A DNA stretch of 64,000 nt, taken from positions 32,001-96,000 of the IMG/VR virus record IMGVR_UViG_3300028783_000001; one strand, 5' to 3'. Below, piece by piece: positions 45,460 through 55,652 of the stretch (positions are counted from its first letter, which is position 1; the number at the start of each line of letters is the position of its first letter). Source of the DNA: a virus. The position numbers and the translations under genes were made by a program. The notes beneath the pieces were generated by a model. It ran no database searches, had not been told where the DNA came from, and saw only the letters and a list, made by a program, of their open reading frames with translations.

Positions 45460-48400
45460 TTACCGAATGTTGATCGTGCGTGACTGGTAGCGGATAGCAA
45501 CCGTATTGAATGGTAGCTGTTCCCTAGCGTTTATGGTGATAGTCTCCACCCTACCAAGCTCCACGATAGCTTGTGCTAGTGGTATGGTAAACATATTAAT
45601 GGTGCTAGATAGTGATCTAGTTGTAGCTGTTGCATCTGCTGATATAGCATCACCACCTGGATCAGCAACTGCACCTTGAGTTGCTGCAACTGACCTAGCT
45701 GACGGTAGTGGTATGGCTTCAGTTACATACAACGGAGCTATATTCACAACTACGCCAGCTCTAGGTAGCAGCGCAAAGAGCCAAGGAGCAGTTAGCGGAG
45801 CTGATAATGCTCTACTACTAACGGCAACCCCTTTTGATGCTACGTCGGAATATGAAGCAGCAACTGCCGTTGCAACTGCAATAGTATTAGATTGGATTAT
45901 AAAGAATATTTGCGGAGCAAATACGCCAAGAATTTCTGCTGCGGATGTTCCTACCAACGCAGTTAGTATTACATCGGAGAAGTTTCCTGCTGATGCGGCT
46001 ACCAACGTGGATGCTACGGTAAACAACTTAATAGGCGTAAACAGGCCGCATGCCGACGTAGATACAGCTCCCATAGCTAGCAACCCTGTCTGGATTGCAT
46101 AAGTTGCCGCAGCAGTTGCTACGTTCGCTCCAGTAGGTGTAGAGCTTGTATTATGCAGCAACAACCCAGCAGAAGGGGTAGCTGCAACACCAATTAGAGC
46201 GATTGCACTAGTTGGTAACGGAGCTTGTGCCGTCGATGAAACTAATGCTCCTGTTAGAGTTTGTTGTGGAACAAATATTTTAGCTACCGAAGTAGCTTGC
46301 GCTCCTGATAGAGTCGGTTGCGTTACAAACCAACTGGCATTAGATGAAACTTGCAACCCGATTAAGGTAGGTGATGCATAAAACTGATTTGCTGTAGTGG
46401 TTACAAAGGTACCTACTACAGCAACCAAGGGGGTGAATCGGTTTGCCGTAGAGGTGGTTTGAGCACCGTTGATGGTTAGTGTAGTAGCTGTCTGTAATGA
46501 CTGACCAGCAGTAACAACCGCAGCACTATAGACGGTGAGATTCGGCCAAAATGAATTGCAACCAACCATTACTTGTGCACCGCTCAACACATCTTGCGGA
46601 GAGAAGATGCTGGCGATTGCAGATAATTGCGTTCCAAATAAGGTAGGTTCGGGCACAAACACCTGAGCTGACGTAACAATCTGTCCACCAGAGGTGGAAG
46701 GCGAGGACCAAAATCTTTGGGCTGCTGATAATACCGACGCGCCTGTTGTGGTTGGCGTCAATGTGGTTGATAGAACTTGTGCAGTAGTTACAGACTGACT
46801 ACCAACTGCTGTAGGTTTATTCCATAATGGACCTGCAGTAGCTGCTACGCTAATACCTGCAAGGACAGTCTGGAGAGTTATGCCGTTTAATGGTTGCCCG
46901 CTTACAGAGACGAATACTCCAATTAAGGTAGGTTTATTCCAGAATATATTAACCGACGACACTACCAACGTGCTTAGCACAATAGGAGCAAACCAGAAAG
47001 AGTTTGCAGCTTCAACTGCTTGTGCACCAACTACAGTTGGTTGTGGTATGAAAACGTTTGCTGTTGTGGTTACAGTAGAACCAAACAGCAATGCGCTAGT
47101 TGCATACGCCAAAGATCCAGCAGACGAACCGACTTGTACTCCAGTCGCTATCGGTTTAGGAAAGAATGTGTTTGCAGCACTTACCGCACCAACACTCAAC
47201 CAGATGCCCAATTGAATCGAGCCAGCAGACGCAATTGCGGCCACTCCTGGAAGTGTTGGTTTCTCCTGGAAATAATATGCACTCGTAGTGGCCTGCACAC
47301 CTGTTAATAATGGTGCCAACCAAAACAGATTGCACGAAGATACAACTGCTGTGCCAAGTATGGTGGGTTGATTATAAAATGATTGTCCGCTGGAAGCTAC
47401 CTGTGCTCCGGCTACTGCTACACCAACTTGTACCCACAGCGCATTTGCCGTAGTAGATACCGCAGCGCCGGTAAACGACGGTGCTACCTGCTGACCAAAT
47501 ATATTTGATGAGGTTATTACCGACGCACCGGTAACTGGTATGTTTTGACTGAATATGCTGGCGATGGCAACTGTCGCCGCGCCGACCAATACAGGCTTAG
47601 GCATAAACGCCGATGAACTAGCAACACTACTTACACCAACTAGGGTTGGCGACGTCCAAAACGGGTTTGCATAAGAAGTCGTGGTAGTTCCAATTATCGG
47701 TATTATCATCCACAGAGCATTAGCGGTTGAAACCGTGAGAGCACCAACTAACACTGGTTGTCTAATAAACATCACAGCATTAGTTGTGCTGCTAGTTCCA
47801 ATCAACGTTGGCTGAAGCCAAAATGCGTTTGCCGATGCTGTGGCTTGTGTTCCAGGTATGTAGGGGTTTGGTGAGAATGCGCTAGTTTGTGTAGCTACCT
47901 GACATCCAACAAAGCGAGGAGCTGAGTTGAATACATTTGCAGTAGAGTTTACCAGACCTCCGGTTAGTGTTGGAGAAGAGGCAAATGGACCAGCTGATGC
48001 AGTTGTCTGATTACCTGCCGCTGTTGGTTGTGGAACAAATATGCCGGCGGTTGATGAAGCCTGTGCACCGGTTGAAGTTGGTGCAGGGTTGAATACATTT
48101 GCAGTAGAGTTTACCAGACCTCCGGTTAATGTTGGAGAAGAGGCAAATATCCCAGCTATAGCCGACGACTGAACACCAGACAACGTTGGTTGTGGAACAA
48201 ATATATTTGCAGTAGAGCTAGCCTGCGCTCCAGCTGGAGTAGGTGCAGGGTTGAATATGTTTGCAGTAGTTGTTCCTAGTGCACTACCAAATATATGCTG
48301 AACAATTACAGGCACAAAAGATTGTGCTGCGGATGTAATCTGCGGTCCGATTAAGGTCGGTGATAGGACAAACGCATTCGCTATGGTAACAACTGGTGCA

Positions 48401-51078
48401 CCAATCAGCGTAGGTGATAAGAAGAAATTACCGGCTATTGCTGCTACTTGATAGCCAGTAGTTGTTGGAGATGGGCTAAACGCCCACGCAGTGGTTGAAA
48501 CTTGAGGTCCGGTTAGAGTGGGTCCAATCAATACAGGAACAAACGACTGTGATGAGGTTGCTACTTGAGATCCAGTTAGTAGAATCCTGGGCCACAGAGC
48601 ATTAGCAGTAGCAGTTACCTGCGCACCTGTTGCAGTCGGGTTTGGTATAAAGATTCCTGCATAAGAAGTAGTAGCTGCGCCGTTTGTCACAAGCGAGATT
48701 GTGACTCCGTTGTAGCTCATTGTAATTGACTGAACGGCCTCAGAAGTATTAACCGAACTGGTATATCCTGAAGTAGTTGTTACACCGCTTTCATCAGTAG
48801 CACTGCTATACAGCTGCCAGTCAGTACATCCTGCAGTTGGTGTATTGAAGAAGTTTGTCGTTCCATACGAGCCCCGGGTGGTGCAATAAAACGAAACAAT
48901 CAAGTCGCGCGTATAATCATAGACGAAGGGAACCGCATCTGATGTAAATGCACCAGGTCCAGGTATTATATATGAGGTATTTCCTCCAAAGGTAAGCTGG
49001 ACTTGATTCCCATCAAAGTCTGGAACTAAGGCGCTTGCAACAGGTGAATGACCAATCCACGCTGATGTAAATGCACCAGCCGAAGTTCCAGACGCAGCAT
49101 TAAACGTGACTAATATTACACCGGTAGCCGATGCCGGCCCCAACAGGTTCGCATTAAACTGCGACCGATCCGTCCAGCCAGACCAGTTTGGGGATGATCC
49201 TGATAGAGTTTGCGAGAATATCGTAGTGGTAATCGCTACAAATCCTGATGCGGAAGTTGTAGCTACAGTACCAGATAAAGTAGGTGATTCTGATATAACA
49301 AATGTTGGTCCTTGCGCCGCCGTAGATACACTAGCACCAAGTAGGTTGTCTGATATTGCTGATCCATACGTAACAATGATAAGACCTGGAGCACCAGCAC
49401 CATTTATAACGCCGTTACCACCAGCACCGCCGTATAGACCGCCTGCTCCACCTGAACCTCCACTAGAAGATCCACCTAGAGGCTCAGCACCAAGTGCGAC
49501 TCCTGCTGTTCCACTCGCTGGCGCAGATCCACCACCGCCGCCGCCGGAGCCGGCACTCGGCGTTGTTCCTGTATAAGTCGTCCCGTTCCAGGTATTAGTG
49601 GAAGTCCATTCTGTTCCGGTAGATCCAGCAGCTCCGCCGTTGGTGTTACCAATACCACCAACTCCACCATTACCATTGTCACCAACACCACCCGGACCGT
49701 TGTAGCCTCCGCTACTTCCACCAGCGCCATAACGTCCAGCCGCCCCACCACCACCGGCGTAGCCTCCGCTATTTCCCGCTCCACCAGCATATACTGTAGT
49801 GCCAACACAGTTTGTCGTCGCATTACTATCACCAGCTGCTAATACAGTAGCCGTGCTATAAAACCACGTATTAGCGGTTGCCGATCCCGCACCAGTAGTT
49901 CCACCACCAACACCCAGTTGATAGGAGATTGACCCACTACCAGACCAGTTTGTAATCTTAGAATAACAGCCACCATTACCATCGGTAGTTCCACCAGCTC
50001 CAATACATTCAATCGTATTGTCCGACGTATTCCAGTCTGCTGGAATCGTCCAATTACTCCCCCCTGTAAGGAAGATTACGTTTCTCGAAGTACCAGCGAC
50101 ACTAGTAAATAAACCTGCTGATGAAGTGGATCCAGCACCTGTAAATGGTGGTTGGACTTTAACCGGAATAAGCGTTTGAGCGGACGTCGTAACAGATGTT
50201 CCACCACCATAAGGGTTAGGCCAAAAGTTGTTTGCTAATGCTGTTATTGATGCTCCAGGTAGGGTAGTTGCGCTAACCGTATAGGTGATGATAATAACAC
50301 CACCGGCACCCGCGCCACCAGCTCCGGCTGATGTTCCATAAGATCCAGAACCACCACCTGCACCATATAGGCCACCAGCACCACCAGTATTCTGAACGCT
50401 CGACGATCCGTAGGAACCACCACCGCCACCACCTGAACCCGCTGCGCCAGCACCAAGCTCAGATCCATTTCCACCTACTCCACCAACTGTTGATCCAGAA
50501 GTGCCTGCTGCACCAGCAGATCCACCTGATGTTCCATCACCATTACCACCAGCACCAGCTGCGGAAGCAGTTGCGTTTGCACCAACTGCACCAACTCCGT
50601 TTGGTCCGCCAGCACCACCACCTCCTGAGCCGCTATAACCCGATGATCCAAAGTAGCCACCATTACCACCATTGTTTCTAGTGAGGTAGCCTGATGATGG
50701 AATGCAATTCGTTGCCAAACCACCAAGCGAGGCGGCGTTTGTTATTCCACCACCTGCGCCGCCTGGTGCACCAACGCTCGATCCTACAAGTGTAGTTCCA
50801 TTGAAGAAGGTGCTTCCACCAGCTACACCTGGATTTGCGGTGGTGCTGCTAGCAGCACCACCGGCTCCACCATTACCAACAGTAAACTGAATGTTTGCAC
50901 CAGGAGATACAGCAAGGGTAGCGATACTTACATAAGCACCACCTGCGCCGGCTACTGGGTAGTTGTAATAGTTTGCACCACCACCACCTGCGCCGATACA
51001 TTCAACTTTAAGTGACGTAACATTAGAGGGGACAGTCCACGGAGAGGTGGAGGCTGTCGTTAAGACAACAACAGTCAT
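45460..51078 (-). CDS. Very large Gly-rich / Ser-Thr-rich virion fibre-like protein with dozens of ~18-aa repeats
   Basis: Two Gly-rich domains (WTVP...ECIGAGG) then GAQxxSxAxxFxPxPTL-type repeats; almost no charged residues. Confidence 0.8.
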   Translation of the reverse strand: MTVVVLTTASTSPWTVPSNVTSLKVECIGAGGGGANYYNYPVAGAGGAYVSIATLAVSPGANIQFTVGNGGAGGAASSTTANPGVAGGSTFFNGTTLVGSSVGAPGGAGGGITNAASLGGLATNCIPSSGYLTRNNGGNGGYFGSSGYSGSGGGGAGGPNGVGAVGANATASAAGAGGNGDGTSGGSAGAAGTSGSTVGGVGGNGSELGAGAAGSGGGGGGSYGSSSVQNTGGAGGLYGAGGGSGSYGTSAGAGGAGAGGVIIITYTVSATTLPGASITALANNFWPNPYGGGTSVTTSAQTLIPVKVQPPFTGAGSTSSAGLFTSVAGTSRNVIFLTGGSNWTIPADWNTSDNTIECIGAGGTTDGNGGCYSKITNWSGSGSISYQLGVGGGTTGAGSATANTWFYSTATVLAAGDSNATTNCVGTTVYAGGAGNSGGYAGGGGAAGRYGAGGSSGGYNGPGGVGDNGNGGVGGIGNTNGGAAGSTGTEWTSTNTWNGTTYTGTTPSAGSGGGGGGSAPASGTAGVALGAEPLGGSSSGGSGGAGGLYGGAGGNGVINGAGAPGLIIVTYGSAISDNLLGASVSTAAQGPTFVISESPTLSGTVATTSASGFVAITTTIFSQTLSGSSPNWSGWTDRSQFNANLLGPASATGVILVTFNAASGTSAGAFTSAWIGHSPVASALVPDFDGNQVQLTFGGNTSYIIPGPGAFTSDAVPFVYDYTRDLIVSFYCTTRGSYGTTNFFNTPTAGCTDWQLYSSATDESGVTTTSGYTSSVNTSEAVQSITMSYNGVTISLVTNGAATTSYAGIFIPNPTATGAQVTATANALWPRILLTGSQVATSSQSFVPVLIGPTLTGPQVSTTAWAFSPSPTTTGYQVAAIAGNFFLSPTLIGAPVVTIANAFVLSPTLIGPQITSAAQSFVPVIVQHIFGSALGTTTANIFNPAPTPAGAQASSTANIFVPQPTLSGVQSSAIAGIFASSPTLTGGLVNSTANVFNPAPTSTGAQASSTAGIFVPQPTAAGNQTTASAGPFASSPTLTGGLVNSTANVFNSAPRFVGCQVATQTSAFSPNPYIPGTQATASANAFWLQPTLIGTSSTTNAVMFIRQPVLVGALTVSTANALWMIIPIIGTTTTSYANPFWTSPTLVGVSSVASSSAFMPKPVLVGAATVAIASIFSQNIPVTGASVITSSNIFGQQVAPSFTGAAVSTTANALWVQVGVAVAGAQVASSGQSFYNQPTILGTAVVSSCNLFWLAPLLTGVQATTSAYYFQEKPTLPGVAAIASAGSIQLGIWLSVGAVSAANTFFPKPIATGVQVGSSAGSLAYATSALLFGSTVTTTANVFIPQPTVVGAQAVEAANSFWFAPIVLSTLVVSSVNIFWNKPTLIGVFVSVSGQPLNGITLQTVLAGISVAATAGPLWNKPTAVGSQSVTTAQVLSTTLTPTTTGASVLSAAQRFWSSPSTSGGQIVTSAQVFVPEPTLFGTQLSAIASIFSPQDVLSGAQVMVGCNSFWPNLTVYSAAVVTAGQSLQTATTLTINGAQTTSTANRFTPLVAVVGTFVTTTANQFYASPTLIGLQVSSNASWFVTQPTLSGAQATSVAKIFVPQQTLTGALVSSTAQAPLPTSAIALIGVAATPSAGLLLHNTSSTPTGANVATAAATYAIQTGLLAMGAVSTSACGLFTPIKLFTVASTLVAASAGNFSDVILTALVGTSAAEILGVFAPQIFFIIQSNTIAVATAVAASYSDVASKGVAVSSRALSAPLTAPWLFALLPRAGVVVNIAPLYVTEAIPLPSARSVAATQGAVADPGGDAISADATATTRSLSSTINMFTIPLAQAIVELGRVETITINAREQLPFNTVAIRYQSRTINIR
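47926..48148. repeat. 61-bp near-identical internal repeat (47926-47986 and 48088-48148), 162 bp apart (3 x 54)
   Basis: One mismatch between the copies. Confidence 0.85.
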
Positions 51079-51112
51079 AGGTCACCTCCCTGTATTTTAG
51101 CTATATGGAGAG

Positions 51113-53701
51113 TTACCATGTGGACCCTCCTGTTGCGCGCGTAGATCGGTCACGTTGGATGTTTAGGGTACGACTCTGCCTGCCTCTGGTAGCGTACACC
51201 GTTCGTTTTGAAGGCGGCAGCACGACCGGGTTAATACAAATAGTTTCGACGCGTCCGCAGATTGCAATAGACGTAGCCGAAGGTAGCTGTTGCGAGAAGG
51301 ATTGGTGTGACAACGCACCTATGGTAGCAGTAGCACCACATGAATGTAGTTGTATGGTTGTAGTAAATGCACACGAAGCAGCGATTCCAGATGCCGTGGC
51401 ATGAAGCTCATCCTGCGGCATTGGATCGGGAACACCAACAGCCGTGGTTACTACCGCTGCAGACACACTTATTAGCAATGCCACTGCGAGCGACTGGGCC
51501 GACGCTAAGGCGGCAGACGCGCTACTGGCTGCTACCTGTGCGACGGTCGTTCCCGCCGACGTCGAGCATTCTGCACCAGATGCTACTGAGGCTATTGCAG
51601 GTTGGAACAGACCAGCCGAGGCCGTCGCCGGCGTTCCAGTTACGTAGACCTTTGGCCAGAATACGTTTGCTGAGGTAGTTGCCTGCGCACCATTGATAGT
51701 GGGTATTGATACGACAGTCCCGGCTGTAGCACTGACTGCTAAACCAGATAGCCCCGACGTGTGGGTAGTCGTTAGAGTCGCGCCGGTCGTCCCGACGGTA
51801 GCTCCCACGAGCAGCGGCTGCATTATTAGTGCCACTGGCTGTGCCGTCGACGCTACCGACGATCCAAGCAGTATTACCTGAGACCAGAATGAGTTTGCAC
51901 CTCCGGTCGCCTGGGCACCAAGTATGGTTGGCTTCATCCAAAACGGGTTTGCCGCTGGGGATACCGCCACACCAATCAGTGTGGGGCTAGACCAGAACCT
52001 ACTCGCCGATGATAAAACCTGCGCACCGACAGCAAACGGAGCAAACTGGTTGGCTGAGGCTACGACTTGTGCACCAACCAGCGAGGTGAATATAACGGCG
52101 ACCGTAACGATTACCTGTGCGGACGAAGTTGCCTGCGCACCATTGATAGTGGGTATTGATACGACAGTCCCGGCTGTGGATGCAGCCTGCGCTCCGATTA
52201 GGGTCAACTGCACTATTGGGGCCAGTGCCTGCGCCGACGACGTAACCGCCGTACCGCTTATCGCATACTGGATCTGTGGAGTGAGCGGTTGTGCAGATGA
52301 TGTTGACGCAACCCCAGGAAGTGCTTGGGTTTGTGTTGGGGCCAGCGCTTGTGCCGACGTCGTGGTCGACGCCCCAACGATTACCGGCGTGATAACCGGC
52401 GCTATGGATTGTGCAGATGTGGTAACAGATACACCCGGCAATGACTGCAGATGCTGAGTTGTGAGTGTCTGCGCCGAGGTGGTGGATGATGAACCAACAA
52501 GGCCAAACGAATTGACCGTTGCAGTTGACTGCGCTGCTGATACAACCGACGCCCCAATAACTAGCACCTGCGGCCAGAATGCACTTGCACTCGACGTCGC
52601 CGGCGCTCCTACGAGGACCGATTGTGCCGTTACTGTTACACCCTGTGCGGCGGTAGTTACAGACGCGCCAGTTACAACGGGGCTTGGCCAGAACTGATTA
52701 GCTACAGATATTGACTGCGCACCAGGCAGCGTAACTGGCGCTACAGCAGGTAGCGACTGCGCGGCTGTAGTGCACGAAGCACCAACGGCTACAGCTGCAA
52801 CGATTAATGATAGCGCCTGCGATGCCGTAGTTGCTACGGCACCTACGCCAGCGGTCTGTGCAATCGTGGAAAAGGTATTTGCTGCTACAGCCGACTGCGC
52901 CCCTGGGAGGGTAAGTTGCAACTGTGTCGATAGGCTTTGCGCGGTATTAGTTGCGGCCGCTCCAGTAAACGTCGACTGCACCTGTGTTGGTGCTAGTGTC
53001 TGTGCCGACGTTGTTGCAGCCGTTCCGATTAGGGTCGACTGCACCAGCGCAGATGAAAGGGTTTGTGCAGACGTCGTTGTTGACGCACCATTTAGCGTCG
53101 ACTGCACAGTTACAGGGGTAAGGCTCTGCGCCGATACAGATACAGACGCACCTGGTAGTGTAGGTTGTGACCATAACTGATTGGCAGTTGATGCGACTTG
53201 TGCACCAGCTGGTAATGCAGCGACCGTTGGTGAGAATGTGCTAGCCGAGGTGACGGTGGATGCACCGGCGACCATCGCCAGCATCAAGAAGATGTTTGGT
53301 GTCGAGGTAACCTGAGCGCCGGTGAAGGCCAGCTGCACGCTGGTCGGCCAAGGCTGTGCTGATGTTGAGACGCTAGAGTCCTGCAGCGTCCCAGAGTAGG
53401 ACGTTCCAGATTGAGGTGATAAGGCTCCAGCAGTGGTGGTTACTGACGTACCCGTCAGATTGATAGATTCAGAAATTACCCCAGCGTAAGCCCAGCTACA
53501 TGCGCCGATCAGCGCGTTGTTGAATGCGGAGAGGGCAAAGAGCGTCGTGGGCTGCGCTACGTAGCTAGTGCCGTAGTTTGTCAGATCGAGAATAAGCGGA
53601 GCCGTAGCACCCACTAAATTAGTGGGTGCTACGGCTCCAGTTGTTAGGAGAAGGTTTATATAACCAGGTTGGTTTTTGGCCAGTAGGGTCGTTGACGACA
53701 T
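51113..53701 (-). CDS. Ser/Thr/Ala-rich repeat virion protein, paralogous in its repeats and C-terminus to 45460-51078
   Basis: GAxxTxSAQxL repeats; C-terminal GRVETIxIN...QSRT.NI shared. Confidence 0.8.
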   Translation of the reverse strand: MSSTTLLAKNQPGYINLLLTTGAVAPTNLVGATAPLILDLTNYGTSYVAQPTTLFALSAFNNALIGACSWAYAGVISESINLTGTSVTTTAGALSPQSGTSYSGTLQDSSVSTSAQPWPTSVQLAFTGAQVTSTPNIFLMLAMVAGASTVTSASTFSPTVAALPAGAQVASTANQLWSQPTLPGASVSVSAQSLTPVTVQSTLNGASTTTSAQTLSSALVQSTLIGTAATTSAQTLAPTQVQSTFTGAAATNTAQSLSTQLQLTLPGAQSAVAANTFSTIAQTAGVGAVATTASQALSLIVAAVAVGASCTTAAQSLPAVAPVTLPGAQSISVANQFWPSPVVTGASVTTAAQGVTVTAQSVLVGAPATSSASAFWPQVLVIGASVVSAAQSTATVNSFGLVGSSSTTSAQTLTTQHLQSLPGVSVTTSAQSIAPVITPVIVGASTTTSAQALAPTQTQALPGVASTSSAQPLTPQIQYAISGTAVTSSAQALAPIVQLTLIGAQAASTAGTVVSIPTINGAQATSSAQVIVTVAVIFTSLVGAQVVASANQFAPFAVGAQVLSSASRFWSSPTLIGVAVSPAANPFWMKPTILGAQATGGANSFWSQVILLGSSVASTAQPVALIMQPLLVGATVGTTGATLTTTHTSGLSGLAVSATAGTVVSIPTINGAQATTSANVFWPKVYVTGTPATASAGLFQPAIASVASGAECSTSAGTTVAQVAASSASAALASAQSLAVALLISVSAAVVTTAVGVPDPMPQDELHATASGIAASCAFTTTIQLHSCGATATIGALSHQSFSQQLPSATSIAICGRVETICINPVVLPPSKRTVYATRGRQSRTLNIQRDRSTRATGGSTW

Positions 53702-53726
53702 GGTCTAAACCTTCTACTAGCAGTGA

Positions 53727-54512
53727 TCAGCGCTCGTAGTGACCTTCTTCTAGGTAGTTGAAAGCCGCGAAGCCAGTCGAGGATGGGAACCACAGGTACA
53801 CTAGCAAAAACTCCTGTGGGTTTAGAACAACCGGTGGGACTTGAGCAATAATGCGAGACGCAGCGTTTGCAGCTGCAGTCATAAGTGATCCACCAGCAAG
53901 GCCATCCACCGATCCAAACTGGATTACGTATTCATCCAATGCAATCGGAATCTGAGCTCGCAAAGGCTGGTTGCGCACAACGATACGAGCAGCGGCGGTG
54001 GCTGCCGGTAGCGTCATGTTGGCACCAGATGTAGGAATGTACAGGTTGCTAATCGACTGTGAACCAACACCAGAGTTGTGGTTCACAGCATTCTGTACCT
54101 GCGTAAAGTTTGCAGACGGAGTGCGGTACTGATCTACTACCATAGTTAGAAACGCGGTAACTGCGGAAGCGGGAGCAGTCGTCATCTGAAAGCGGATGTA
54201 GTCTGGAACCAAGTTTACACCGACACCATTGTCGTTGTTCATGATTACCGCTATTGGATACGATGTAGCATAGGTGGTATAAGCAGTTGTCACTCCGTAT
54301 GTAACCGCTGCCGAGTTTGGAGCCATACCGTTTGAGTAGTAGGAACCCTCTTCGGCTAGAGCAGCTTTGTTATGGAGAATGGGGATAATCGCCTGCTCAC
54401 CATAAGGTCCGGTGCGAAGTCCTGCTGGGGTTGATGGCTGACCGTCTTGCTGCTTCTGCGCGTAGCGCAGAAGGCGACCGACGATGCCACGCTGTACGAT
54501 TTCGTTTGCCAT
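53727..54512 (-). CDS. virion structural protein, paralog copy 2
   Basis: 261 aa, highly similar to 54534-55319. Confidence 0.8.
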   Translation of the reverse strand: MANEIVQRGIVGRLLRYAQKQQDGQPSTPAGLRTGPYGEQAIIPILHNKAALAEEGSYYSNGMAPNSAAVTYGVTTAYTTYATSYPIAVIMNNDNGVGVNLVPDYIRFQMTTAPASAVTAFLTMVVDQYRTPSANFTQVQNAVNHNSGVGSQSISNLYIPTSGANMTLPAATAAARIVVRNQPLRAQIPIALDEYVIQFGSVDGLAGGSLMTAAANAASRIIAQVPPVVLNPQEFLLVYLWFPSSTGFAAFNYLEEGHYER

Positions 54513-54533
54513 TGTTTTATTTCCTCGTTTTGG

Positions 54534-55319
54534 TTAGCGCTCGTAGTGACCTTCTTCGATGCAGGTAAAGGTTGGGAATGCAGCCTGTGATGGTCCCCAT
54601 AGATATACCAGCAAAAACTCCTGTGGGTTTAGAACAACCGGTGGAACCTGGGCTACAATACGTGAAGCGCCGGCTGCAGCGGCGGTCATTGGCGACCCAC
54701 CAGCAAGACCATCAACTGATCCAAACTGGATTACATATTCGTCTAGAGTCACAGGAACCTGCGCCCGAAGCGGGATGTTACGAGCAATGATACGGGCAGC
54801 GGCGGTAGCTACTGGTAGCGTCATGTTAGTGCCGGTCGACGGAACATACATGTTTGAAATGCTCTGTGAGCCAACACCGGTATTATGGTTCACAGCATTC
54901 TGTACCTGCGTAAAGTTTGCTGATGGTGTGCGGTACTGATCTACCACGAGCGTGAGGTAGTAGGCAGTAGCCGATGTTGGCACACCAACCATCTGGAAGC
55001 GAATGAAATCTGGAACCAGGTTGACGCCAACACCGTTGTCGTTGTTCATCAACACAACTAGTGGGTAGGATGTAGCGTAGGTGGTATACTGCGTGGTCAC
55101 GCCGTAGGTGATTGCAGCTGTATTAGGAGCAAGCCCATTTGAGTAGTAGGCTCCCTCTTCGGCTAGAGCGGCTTTGTTGTGAAGGATTGGATATGCAAAC
55201 TGCTCACCATAAGGTCCGGTGCGAAGTCCTGCTGGGGTTGATGGCTGACCGTCTTGCTGCTTCTGCGCGTAGCGCAGAAGGCGACCGACGATGCCACGCT
55301 GTACGATTTCGTTTGCCAT
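54534..55319 (-). CDS. virion structural protein, paralog copy 1
   Basis: First 120 nt identical to copy 2 (55200-55319 = 54393-54512). Confidence 0.8.
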   Translation of the reverse strand: MANEIVQRGIVGRLLRYAQKQQDGQPSTPAGLRTGPYGEQFAYPILHNKAALAEEGAYYSNGLAPNTAAITYGVTTQYTTYATSYPLVVLMNNDNGVGVNLVPDFIRFQMVGVPTSATAYYLTLVVDQYRTPSANFTQVQNAVNHNTGVGSQSISNMYVPSTGTNMTLPVATAAARIIARNIPLRAQVPVTLDEYVIQFGSVDGLAGGSPMTAAAAGASRIVAQVPPVVLNPQEFLLVYLWGPSQAAFPTFTCIEEGHYER

Positions 55320-55324
55320 GATGT

Positions 55325-55651
55325 TTATCCAATCTCTTTCGTGGTTACGGGCATACCGCCCTGAATCGTTGCCAAGTTTTGAAGCTCTGCTAGAATCTGC
55401 ATTAGCAGATCGCTTTGCTCTTTCATCTGCCTAGAGTAGGCTATACTCGTCACCAGCGCGGCCTCCCACCCTTGGGGCTCGTCGGGTACGACGCTGGCGA
55501 TGTTCAGGCCGGATATCGGATCGCCTATGGTCATTACCTGACGCATGACGGTAGTGGTGACGTTTGCGATTATAGCCTGTAGCGTAACTAGGTCGATGTT
55601 GCTGGTAGACGAGCCGGTGGCTATTACAGCGTCTGTTTTTAAGTTTGCCAT
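55325..55651 (-). CDS. hypothetical structural protein
   Basis: Packed in the - strand operon. Confidence 0.65.
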   Translation of the reverse strand: MANLKTDAVIATGSSTSNIDLVTLQAIIANVTTTVMRQVMTIGDPISGLNIASVVPDEPQGWEAALVTSIAYSRQMKEQSDLLMQILAELQNLATIQGGMPVTTKEIG

Positions 55652-55652
55652 G

